Source: an uncultured bacterium
Lineage (GTDB): Bacteria; Schekmanbacteria; GWA2-38-11; J061
Reading direction: 5' to 3'
Assembly: GCA_964549305.1 (NCBI GenBank)
Contig: CAZJVM010000004.1
Coordinates: forward strand, 6,738 to 70,737
DNA: 64,000 nucleotides
Below, in pieces: positions 40,208-48,188 of this stretch. The first letter of the stretch is position 1. Every line of letters begins with the position of its first letter. Both the position numbers and the translations under genes were made by a program. The notes under the pieces were generated by a model. The model was not told where the DNA came from. It did no database searches and worked only from the letters and a program-made list of their open reading frames with translations.

Positions 40208-40972
40208 ATGAGATTTGATCATGTTATTGTCAGACTGACTACTATCACAGGACCTGAATGGCTTATGGCTTACGCTCTTGTTGACCTGAATGATGATGTT
40301 GATATTGACGAATTCAGATTTAAAATGCCTGACCTTCTTGATTACCACCATGAAACAGAAAAGTATTTAGGTGGTGTCCCGGGAGATCTTTTCCTTGGAT
40401 TTTTTGCCCACGGACAAACCCATCTGTTTGATGAAATAAGCAAAATTAAATCCTGGAAGGAGATTAAGCAGGTTAAAGAATGGGCAATCGTCAACTTTCC
40501 AACCACAAAGGTGAAGCTTTCAAAGCTTGACTGGAAAATTGTTAAAAGCCTTCGTACCGGCGCAGAAAAAACCCCGGAAACAATTGCAAAAGAGCTTGGT
40601 GAAAATCCTGAAATAGTGGCGAAACAGCTCGACTATATAAAAAATATTCCTCTAACTTTCCACATTGAACCTCCCAACAACAACAACTGGACATTTACGG
40701 AAATACACGTTGACTTCAAGGGAACGACTTTCAAGGAGAAGATGGAAGAACTTTCCAAAATAGGAAAACCCTTCGGCGCAACAGGCAGTAATAGCCAGGG
40801 TGCCTTAATGGTTCAGCCTGAAACAGTGGAAGAACTGAAAACAATGATAAAGAAGATTTCAGACATTCCCGGTGTGCGCGTGACCGATTATGCCTTCTGC
40901 GAAGATATGATATGGAAACAACCCTGGCTCGATAAATTCATAGATGAACAGATTGAGCAGGCAGAAGGTTAA
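40208..40972 (+). CDS. Lrp/AsnC-like regulator with a central wHTH
   Basis: Internal LSKLDWKIVKSLRTGAEKTPETIAKELGENPEIVAKQL matches the AsnC HTH pattern and is flanked by ferredoxin-like domains. Confidence 0.55.
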   Translation: MRFDHVIVRLTTITGPEWLMAYALVDLNDDVDIDEFRFKMPDLLDYHHETEKYLGGVPGDLFLGFFAHGQTHLFDEISKIKSWKEIKQVKEWAIVNFPTTKVKLSKLDWKIVKSLRTGAEKTPETIAKELGENPEIVAKQLDYIKNIPLTFHIEPPNNNNWTFTEIHVDFKGTTFKEKMEELSKIGKPFGATGSNSQGALMVQPETVEELKTMIKKISDIPGVRVTDYAFCEDMIWKQPWLDKFIDEQIEQAEG

Positions 40973-41057
40973 CTAAACAATCTTGTCAGATTATTTTTTT
41001 CTATATCCTCGTCACTAATAGTTTTTTGCATTCAACCTGTAAAATGAAAGGATTTTT

Positions 41058-42344
41058 ATGGCTGAAACAGCAAAGAAGAAGTTCATGGGAGTGGAAATCC
41101 CGGAAGGCCTGAAAAAAGCCAATTTTCTTGCTCTTTTTCTGGGTACGACACTTGGAGGACTAGTTACAAACTCTATTAACGCAATTCAGCACAGTTATTT
41201 GAAAGATTTTCTAAAAGTACCTCAGGAATCCTTCGGCACTGTAAGCGGTACATTAATGACTGTAGGAGAAATCGCGGCAATTATCTTCCTTTTTCTCTTT
41301 GGTGTAATCGCAGACAAGATAGGAAGAAAAACCGTTATTACAATCGGATATATTGGCGCGACATTTGCCTACCTCTTCTTTTTTCACAGCGTAGATATTG
41401 CCAATATGTTAGGCATAAACCCTCTGCCTTTAGCTTATGCAGGAAGATTTCTGATTGTTGCAACTGTTGCAGCCATCTGGGGCACATACATCATAGTCGC
41501 CGCAGACTATACAGATGAAGCAAACCGAGCAAAGGGTATGGGATTGAACGGTATATTCACGGGATTCGGTATGCTTCTGGCAATGGGAGTTTTTGCTTCT
41601 CTTCCAAATCAAATCGGCACAAGAAACACATTTTATTTTGTTGCCTGCCTTTCAGTTGCCTCACTTATTTATGCCCGCATAGCACTTGTTGACCGATTTA
41701 CCGCAGAAGAGAAGAAACCCGGCGATACGGGACAGGTTAGAAAAATAATCGATGCTCTTAAAAACTCTCCGCCCCTTGTAATGTGTTACGCGGCAAGATT
41801 TTTCGTAATGTCGGCGGTTATCACCGTAGGTACATTCATTTTTGTATGGGCAGTTAACGAAGCGCCCAACCTTGGCGTAAAACCGGAAGCGGCACAGATG
41901 AAAGTGGGAATGTTTATCGGGATATCAGGCCTTGTTGCATTTATAGGTTTTCCCGTATTTGCCATAATGTGTGACAAACTCGGAAGATACGTTACTTTAT
42001 CAATATCTCTCGGTCTTGCCGGAATATCACTAATCAGTTTCGGATTGATAGATAATCCGATTTCCTGGCCAATTCTTTTATGTATGATGGTTTTCTTCTT
42101 CAGTCAGGCGGGAATGCTTCTTTCATCGCAGACCCTCGCATCTGACCTTGCGCCAAAGGAAGTAATGGGAACGGTTCTCGGCGGATTAAATACCGTTGGA
42201 CAGATCGGCGCCGCTGTTTTTTTCTCAGTTGACGGCATTGCAATGGATAAGATAAGCCCTCAAGCTCCCTACGTAATAATGGGTGTTTGCTGTATCCTTA
42301 TGATAATCTGGGTCATGGGAATAGGCGTCAAAGTTAAAAAATAG
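41058..42344 (+). CDS. MFS transporter
   Basis: 12 TMs; motif A GVIADKIGRK and its repeat DKLGRY. Confidence 0.93.
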   Translation: MAETAKKKFMGVEIPEGLKKANFLALFLGTTLGGLVTNSINAIQHSYLKDFLKVPQESFGTVSGTLMTVGEIAAIIFLFLFGVIADKIGRKTVITIGYIGATFAYLFFFHSVDIANMLGINPLPLAYAGRFLIVATVAAIWGTYIIVAADYTDEANRAKGMGLNGIFTGFGMLLAMGVFASLPNQIGTRNTFYFVACLSVASLIYARIALVDRFTAEEKKPGDTGQVRKIIDALKNSPPLVMCYAARFFVMSAVITVGTFIFVWAVNEAPNLGVKPEAAQMKVGMFIGISGLVAFIGFPVFAIMCDKLGRYVTLSISLGLAGISLISFGLIDNPISWPILLCMMVFFFSQAGMLLSSQTLASDLAPKEVMGTVLGGLNTVGQIGAAVFFSVDGIAMDKISPQAPYVIMGVCCILMIIWVMGIGVKVKK

Positions 42345-42370
42345 ATACTTTCATATCAGTATTTTGAATA

Positions 42371-42405
42371 AAAAAAGAGGTGAGAATTTTTCTCACCTCT
42401 TTTTA
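42371..42405. terminator. Bidirectional intrinsic terminator between MFS and fprA
   Basis: AAAAAGAGGTGAGAA-TTT-TTCTCACCTCTTTTT. Confidence 0.9.
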
Positions 42406-42422
42406 CTTTTCTTCGGACTTTT

Positions 42423-43610
42423 TTACTGCTGTTTTATTCTGCAGGCAAGAATCTTTCCGATCTCCTCGAGCTTTTCAAAATCGCCGTTTAACGGAGGGCC
42501 GTTAACCTCACAGCTTCCCACAACTTCAACCTTCGCAAGCTCAAGGAGTTTAGTTACTTCCTTAACGGAACATCCGCCCCATCCGTAGGAACCCACAACA
42601 GCGGAATATTTAAGGGGAGGCCTGAATGCCCGAACAAGGCTTGCCGCATACAACGCGAGAGGATGGATACCGGCCATAACCGTAGGTGAACCGATTACAA
42701 TCGCTCTTGAATCGACAAGATCTTTTGCCACATCACCCGAGTCCGTCGCGGTAAGATTGTACATACTCACTTCAATACCTTCGGACAAGAGCTTTTCTGC
42801 CACCGCCTTAGCCATCTTCTCAGTAGACCCCCACATACTTACATAAGCAATAATGGCTTTCTCATCGGTTTCTCCGGCAGTCCATTTTTTATAAACAGAG
42901 ATAATTTTGTCAGGGTTTCTGTAAACCGGACCATGGCTTGGGGCAATCATGGATACTTCCATTCCTTCGAGTTTATCCATCGCCTTCTTTCCAAGGGCCC
43001 TGAAGGGCATCATTATTTCACCATAATATTTTTGTGCGCCGCTTACTATATCTTTTACATCAGTATCAAAAACTCCCTTTGCAAAGTGGCTTCCGAAAAA
43101 GTCACAGGGAAAGAGAATTTTGTCTTCAACCAGATAAGTGAACATCGTTTCAGGCCAGTGAAGCCAGGGAGCATCTATAAATTTCAGGGTCTTGCCGCCA
43201 AGGTCAATGGTCTCGCCTTCCTTTACCTTGATAATTCTGTCTGCAGGAGCATTATGCATAACCTCCGCCATTTTTGCTCCCTTCTCGGAAGTAACGAGCT
43301 TCGTTTTGCCGCTCATCTCCAATACATAGGGAATTGCTCCTGCATGGTCCGGTTCGGCGTGATTCATTACGATATAATCTATCTCTCCGTCACCGAGAAG
43401 CTGTTTTATCTTTCCGCCCAGTTCATCCTGAAAACAGGGTTTGATTGTCTCTATCAAAGCTGTCTTTTCGCTGCCCTTAACGATATACGAATTATAGCTT
43501 GTGCCATAGGGAGTAGGAATCAAAGCGTCAAAAAGCTTTAGGTCCCAATCCCTTGAGCCAACTGCATACACACCTTCCGAAATCTCAGGAATAGAATAGT
43601 TTTTCATCAT
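42423..43610 (-). CDS. fprA: Flavodiiron protein (FprA/NorV family)
   Basis: GTSYNSY, NHAEPDH, WLHWPE, CDFFGSH, PSHG, flavodoxin domain (YVSMWGST, IGSPT, GSYGWG). Confidence 0.95.
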   Translation of the reverse strand: MMKNYSIPEISEGVYAVGSRDWDLKLFDALIPTPYGTSYNSYIVKGSEKTALIETIKPCFQDELGGKIKQLLGDGEIDYIVMNHAEPDHAGAIPYVLEMSGKTKLVTSEKGAKMAEVMHNAPADRIIKVKEGETIDLGGKTLKFIDAPWLHWPETMFTYLVEDKILFPCDFFGSHFAKGVFDTDVKDIVSGAQKYYGEIMMPFRALGKKAMDKLEGMEVSMIAPSHGPVYRNPDKIISVYKKWTAGETDEKAIIAYVSMWGSTEKMAKAVAEKLLSEGIEVSMYNLTATDSGDVAKDLVDSRAIVIGSPTVMAGIHPLALYAASLVRAFRPPLKYSAVVGSYGWGGCSVKEVTKLLELAKVEVVGSCEVNGPPLNGDFEKLEEIGKILACRIKQQ

Positions 43611-43640
43611 TTCTCACCTCTGTTATTTAACGATAAATCT

Positions 43641-43657
43641 TATTGGAATTTCCAATA
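43641..43657. promoter_or_regulatory. Perfect 8-1-8 palindrome at the fprA transcription-start region (candidate operator)
   Basis: TATTGGAA-T-TTCCAATA, directly downstream of a minus-strand TTGACT-N18-CATAAG promoter (43658-43687). Confidence 0.5.
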
Positions 43658-43699
43658 CTTATGAACAATAAAAATTTAAAAAGTCAAGGCAAAGCTCAC

Positions 43700-43730
43700 T
43701 TTATACAGGAGTTTTTTAGTCCTGTATAAA
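43700..43730. promoter_or_regulatory. Perfect 11-9-11 inverted repeat between the divergent fprA and porin-tup promoters
   Basis: TTTATACAGGA-N9-TCCTGTATAAA. Confidence 0.45.
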
Positions 43731-43780
43731 TATAAAAACGAGACATTTCTAATTTGCCTTTACAAATTTTAAAAAAAAGT

Positions 43781-43809
43781 TTGACATTTCTGAGCCATTT
43801 ATGTAAATG
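43781..43809 (+). promoter_or_regulatory. Putative sigma70 promoter of the riboswitch/porin/tup transcript
   Basis: TTGACA-N17-TAAATG, about 20 nt upstream of the aptamer. Confidence 0.5.
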
Positions 43810-43830
43810 CCACGGAGAAACTGTAAACAA

Positions 43831-43925
43831 CTCCGAATTCAGTTACCTAATGTGCAGTTGCACGATGGTGCGGAATCGATAGGGTTATGCCGGAAACAGC
43901 ATAGCCTCCCGTATTTGGAAAGGAG
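43831..43925 (+). ncRNA. Moco-family riboswitch, P3-less (tungsten-cofactor-associated) variant
   Basis: CTCCGA..., CCTAA...ATGGTGC, AGGG, P4 GGTTATGC-CGGAAACA-GCATAGCC, TCCCGTATTTGGAAAGGAG 3' signature; CTCC/GGAG closes P1; lies upstream of tupABC. Confidence 0.88.
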
Positions 43926-43949
43926 AAAAAATATGTTTTTTCACATTAG

Positions 43950-43990
43950 AAGCCGGTAAACTGCTAAACAGATTGCCGGCTTTTCTTTTT
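43950..43990 (+). terminator. Leader intrinsic terminator (riboswitch expression platform)
   Basis: AAGCCGGTAA (43950-43959) / TTGCCGGCTT (43973-43982) followed by TTCTTTTTT, 100 nt before the porin ATG. Confidence 0.8.
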
Positions 43991-44089
43991 TAAGTCCTGC
44001 CGTACAAAAAATAATAAACTCACTTTCTGTTATTTCAGTTTTAATTTTAAAACTTACAAACCATTTAATGTAAATGAGGAGGACCGTTT

Positions 44090-45577
44090 ATGAAAAGATA
44101 TTTCAAGGCAGTTTTGTTATCAGCAGTATTCATTATATTATCGCCATTTTCATCATTTGCAGGGCAGAGCAGTCAGATAGAAGAACTCAAACAGCAGATG
44201 GAATCACTTAAACAGGAATATGAAGATAAATTCCAGCTTCTGCTTAACAAAATTGATGAGCTTAAATCCCAGCAGGAAGCAAAAGATAATGAAAACAGAG
44301 AAAGAATTAAAAAAGAAGTTGAAAATATAAAAGCTGTTGCCGTGCAGAAAGATGAGGAAAGAAAAAAAGAAATCACAGATCTCAAAACTGCGCTTGAAGA
44401 ACAAAAGAAAAAATCACTGCTTGCCGGCTTTGACGGAAAACACTTTACCCTTGGAAGTGCAGACGGCAACTTCAAACTTAATCTCGGCGGATATATGCAG
44501 ACGGATTACCGCTACTATGAAGGCGGAGAAGACGCAAATAATAAAAACACCTTTGATGTAAGAAGAGCAAGACTTACTGCAAGCGGCAATATGTCTAAAA
44601 ACATAAAGTACAAACTTCAGGCGGATTTCTCCGACGAGGTTGACGAGCTTCGCGATGCTTATGTAGATTTAAACTACACTCCTTTAGCTGTCGTACGTGC
44701 AGGTCAGTTCAAAGTACCTTTTGGCTATGAGCAGGTAACATCTTCGACTACATTTGACTTTATAGAGCGTTCCGTTGCAGGCAATTTCATCGCCTCAACA
44801 TCAAGAGATATAGGAGTAATGGTATTCGGTTCAGTCCTTGATAAACGCATTAATTACTACCTCGGAGCGTTTAACGGAACAGGTGAGAACATGACAGATG
44901 ACAACGACAGCCTTACTTTCATAGGAAGACTTCTCTTTTCTCCATTTGCGGATAATGAAGATTCCGTACTTCAGGGCCTGACATTCGGCGGTTCATTCTC
45001 CGGCGGAGACAGAGAAGCACACAGTTCAAGATCAATTACTCTTGCAGCATTAAATAAAATATCCAACACTGTAACCGTCAACGGACAGCGCACGAGAGCA
45101 GCAGCCGAAGCAAGATACTTCAACGGACCTTTTTCCCTTAAAGGCGAGTATTACTACCAGAGAGAGGAAAGAAACAACATTGGTGGCACTGATTTCGAAG
45201 ATCTCATCACGCAGGGTTTTTACGGCATAGCAACATACGTTCTTACAGGTGAAAAGAAGGTCGACAACGCAAATATCGTTCCTACGCACAACTTCAACCC
45301 TTCAACAGGCGAATGGGGCGCATTCGAGCTTGCGACAAGATACTCCTATTTTGACCTTGATAAAGCAAGCGGCACGGACCCTGTGCTTACAGATGAAAAT
45401 ATTGCGGCAAATACAGTTCAGGGCGTCACATTCGCGCTTAACTGGTATTTCAACAAATACCTGAAGCTTATGGCTGATTATTCCTTCTTCGATTTTGACA
45501 GGCAGGAGAACCTCTCACATCCTTCAATCGGAGACTCGACAAATCAGTTTTCCGCGCGCCTTCAGGTTAAGTTTTAA
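44090..45577 (+). CDS. OprO/OprP-family anion-selective porin with N-terminal coiled coil
   Basis: Signal peptide, ~85 aa heptad region, GGYMQTDY, FDVRRARL, GQFKVPFGYE, FIERS, RDIG, GAFELATRYS, LNWY, C-terminal Phe (RLQVKF). Confidence 0.85.
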   Translation: MKRYFKAVLLSAVFIILSPFSSFAGQSSQIEELKQQMESLKQEYEDKFQLLLNKIDELKSQQEAKDNENRERIKKEVENIKAVAVQKDEERKKEITDLKTALEEQKKKSLLAGFDGKHFTLGSADGNFKLNLGGYMQTDYRYYEGGEDANNKNTFDVRRARLTASGNMSKNIKYKLQADFSDEVDELRDAYVDLNYTPLAVVRAGQFKVPFGYEQVTSSTTFDFIERSVAGNFIASTSRDIGVMVFGSVLDKRINYYLGAFNGTGENMTDDNDSLTFIGRLLFSPFADNEDSVLQGLTFGGSFSGGDREAHSSRSITLAALNKISNTVTVNGQRTRAAAEARYFNGPFSLKGEYYYQREERNNIGGTDFEDLITQGFYGIATYVLTGEKKVDNANIVPTHNFNPSTGEWGAFELATRYSYFDLDKASGTDPVLTDENIAANTVQGVTFALNWYFNKYLKLMADYSFFDFDRQENLSHPSIGDSTNQFSARLQVKF

Positions 45578-45608
45578 ACAAACTTAAAATTAAATAAGGA
45601 AAATACAA

Positions 45609-46439
45609 ATGAAAATAAGATATAGATTTAATATCTTTTCAATTACTGTAATATTCGTTTTTGCTTTCGCTCTGCTATTTACTGCGCAGGTCAAGGCGGA
45701 AACAAGACTTAAAATGAGCACCACGACAAGCACTGAAAACTCAGGGCTGCTCTCTGTCCTTATCCCCCCCTTCGAAAAGGATAACGGTATTAAAGTGGAT
45801 GTAATTGCCGTCGGGACAGGAGCAGCTTTGAAGCTTGGAGAAAACGGAGATGTAGATGTCGTCTTTGTCCATTCACGCCCTGATGAAGATAAATTTGTCA
45901 GCGACGGGTTCGGAGTTTACCGTAAGGACGTTATGCACAATGATTTTGTAGTATTAGGTCCAAAAAAAGACCCTGCCGGGGTAAAGGGTTCGGTTTCAGC
46001 CTCAGAAGCTTTCAAAAAAATCTCTGAAACAGCATCACCATTTGTCTCAAGGGGCGACAATTCAGGCACCCACAAGAAGGAATTAATTGTATGGAAAAGT
46101 GCCGGAATTGACCCGAAAGGCAAATGGTATATAGAGGCAGGTCAGGGAATGGGTGCCGTTCTTCAGATAGCAGATGAAAAGCAGGGCTACACACTTTCAG
46201 ACAGAGGAACGTATCTTGCCTACAAGGATAAAATAGATATCTCAATAGTTTTTGAAGGAGATAAGGCATTATTCAATCCTTACGGGATTATTGCAGTTAA
46301 CCCTGAAAAACATCCGCATACTAAGTTTGAACTTGCAAAAAAACTGGTTGATTTTATAACCGGTCCCAAGGGTCAGAAAATTATAAAAGATTTTAAAATT
46401 AACGGCGAACAGCTTTTTTATCCCGATGCTGTTAAATAA
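45609..46439 (+). CDS. tupA: Tungstate ABC transporter substrate-binding protein
   Basis: TupA signature TTTSTENSGLL, GTGAAL, MHNDFV, SRGDNSGTH, YTLSDRGTY. Confidence 0.95.
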   Translation: MKIRYRFNIFSITVIFVFAFALLFTAQVKAETRLKMSTTTSTENSGLLSVLIPPFEKDNGIKVDVIAVGTGAALKLGENGDVDVVFVHSRPDEDKFVSDGFGVYRKDVMHNDFVVLGPKKDPAGVKGSVSASEAFKKISETASPFVSRGDNSGTHKKELIVWKSAGIDPKGKWYIEAGQGMGAVLQIADEKQGYTLSDRGTYLAYKDKIDISIVFEGDKALFNPYGIIAVNPEKHPHTKFELAKKLVDFITGPKGQKIIKDFKINGEQLFYPDAVK

Positions 46440-46474
46440 GGAATTAAACCGGTTCTTCAAAAAAATGAGCAGAG

Positions 46475-47170
46475 ATGGGTTACTTTACAAAAACGCTTTA
46501 TTCAGCTTTAAAGCTGATTTTTGAACTTGATAGTGAAACATATATTATAGTCTGGACATCACTGAAAGTATCCGTCTCTGCCACTTTTTTATCTTCACTC
46601 ATAGGTATTCCTGCCGGTCTTTTTATCTCTCTTAAACGCTTCAGAGGAAAGCAGTTCATTCATCTTCTTTTAAATACTCTGATGGCTCTTCCTACTGTTG
46701 TTGTAGGGCTTTTCTTTTATGCCCTTTTGAGCAGGCAGGGTCTTTTGGGAAATTTCGGATTTCTGTATTCGCAGGCAGGCATCATAATCGGCGAAACATT
46801 TCTCGCACTTCCCATAATTGCAAACTACACGGTTTCCGCTGTATCAGGCGCTGACTCGCGCCTTCTTACAACCTGCAAATCTCTTGGCGCAACAGCAACT
46901 CAGCAGGCAATGTTATTTTTAAAAGAAGCAAGATTTGCAATCGTTGCGGCTGTTGTCGCAGGATTTGGGCGGGTAATCGCCGAGGTTGGAGTAGCAATGA
47001 TGCTTGGAGGAAACATAAGGGGATTCACAAGGACAATGACAACTGCAATCGCCCTTCAAACAAGCAAGGGAGAATTTGAACTCGGGCTTGCTCTCGGAAT
47101 TATGCTTCTCTCAACTGCATTTGCCGTCAATATCTTTTTATTCTTTTTTCAGAGAAATAAAAATGAGTGA
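46475..47170 (+). CDS. tupB: Tungstate ABC transporter permease
   Basis: LMALPTVVVGL, GFGRVIAEVG..MMLGGNIRGFTRTMTTAIAL. Confidence 0.95.
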   Translation: MGYFTKTLYSALKLIFELDSETYIIVWTSLKVSVSATFLSSLIGIPAGLFISLKRFRGKQFIHLLLNTLMALPTVVVGLFFYALLSRQGLLGNFGFLYSQAGIIIGETFLALPIIANYTVSAVSGADSRLLTTCKSLGATATQQAMLFLKEARFAIVAAVVAGFGRVIAEVGVAMMLGGNIRGFTRTMTTAIALQTSKGEFELGLALGIMLLSTAFAVNIFLFFFQRNKNE

Positions 47171-48158
47171 TATCTACATATTAAAAAATATCATCTGCAA
47201 GTACGGTGAGGAGGTTGTACTAAATATTCCGGCCCTTAAAATTGCGGAAGGAAAAATTACGGCAATCGTTGGCGCAAACGGTTCGGGGAAAACAACGCTT
47301 TTGCGACTCCTGTCCTTTCTTGATTTCCCCTTGTCAGGTGATATTCTGTTTAAAGGAGAAAAGGCGGAAAAAGAGAATGTATTCGCGTTGAGACGGCGGA
47401 TTGGACTCCTCCCGCAAAATCCCTATCTTTTTCATTCAACAGTACTTTCCAATGTTGAAACGGGATTGAAGATAAGAGGCATCCCCTCTGCGGAAAGAAG
47501 AAAGCTTGCCGAAGATTCTCTGAAAAAAATCGGACTTTCAGGATTTGAAAAAAGAATGGCTCATAAGCTTTCGGGCGGTGAGGGACAGAGAGTCGCCCTT
47601 GCGAGAACGATTTGCACAAACCCCGAAGTGCTGATTCTCGATGAACCGTCAACTTATATGGACAGAAATAATATTATACGTACTGAAAAACTCATCGATG
47701 AGTATAACAGGAAGGAAGGCAAAACAGTGGTATTCACCACACAGGATTTACACCGCGCGCAGGCAACGGCAGACATAGTACTTACTCTTTTCAGAGGTAA
47801 TCTCATCACCGCGTCTCTTGCAAATCTCTTCCACGGTAAAATCACAAATAACGGAACAACCTTTGATACGGGAAGGGCAAAAATTGAAATCACCTCACCC
47901 AAAGGGGATGAAGGACATCTCAGTATTGACCCCGCAAACATTGTAATATCAACAGAATCTCTCACATCAAGTATGAGAAATTCCTTAAGGGGGAGAATCA
48001 TCGCAGTAATCGAAGAGAGCGGAAAAGTAAGAATTGAAGTTGAAGCAGGAGAAAAGTTCCACGCTTATATTACCAAGAAATCTCTCACTCTCCTTAATCT
48101 TCATATCGGTGATGAAGCGTGGATATCATTCAAGTCAACAGCAGTTGAGGTTTTTTGA
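47163..48158 (+). CDS. tupC: Tungstate ABC transporter ATPase with C-terminal TOBE domain
   Basis: GANGSGKTT, LSGGEGQRV, ILDEP, SSMRNSLRGRI...ITKKS...L.L..G...FKS. Start 47163 overlaps the tupB stop. Confidence 0.92.
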   Translation: MSDIYILKNIICKYGEEVVLNIPALKIAEGKITAIVGANGSGKTTLLRLLSFLDFPLSGDILFKGEKAEKENVFALRRRIGLLPQNPYLFHSTVLSNVETGLKIRGIPSAERRKLAEDSLKKIGLSGFEKRMAHKLSGGEGQRVALARTICTNPEVLILDEPSTYMDRNNIIRTEKLIDEYNRKEGKTVVFTTQDLHRAQATADIVLTLFRGNLITASLANLFHGKITNNGTTFDTGRAKIEITSPKGDEGHLSIDPANIVISTESLTSSMRNSLRGRIIAVIEESGKVRIEVEAGEKFHAYITKKSLTLLNLHIGDEAWISFKSTAVEVF

Positions 48159-48188
48159 GTATTTCCTTAAAACTCCTGCGATATTTTT

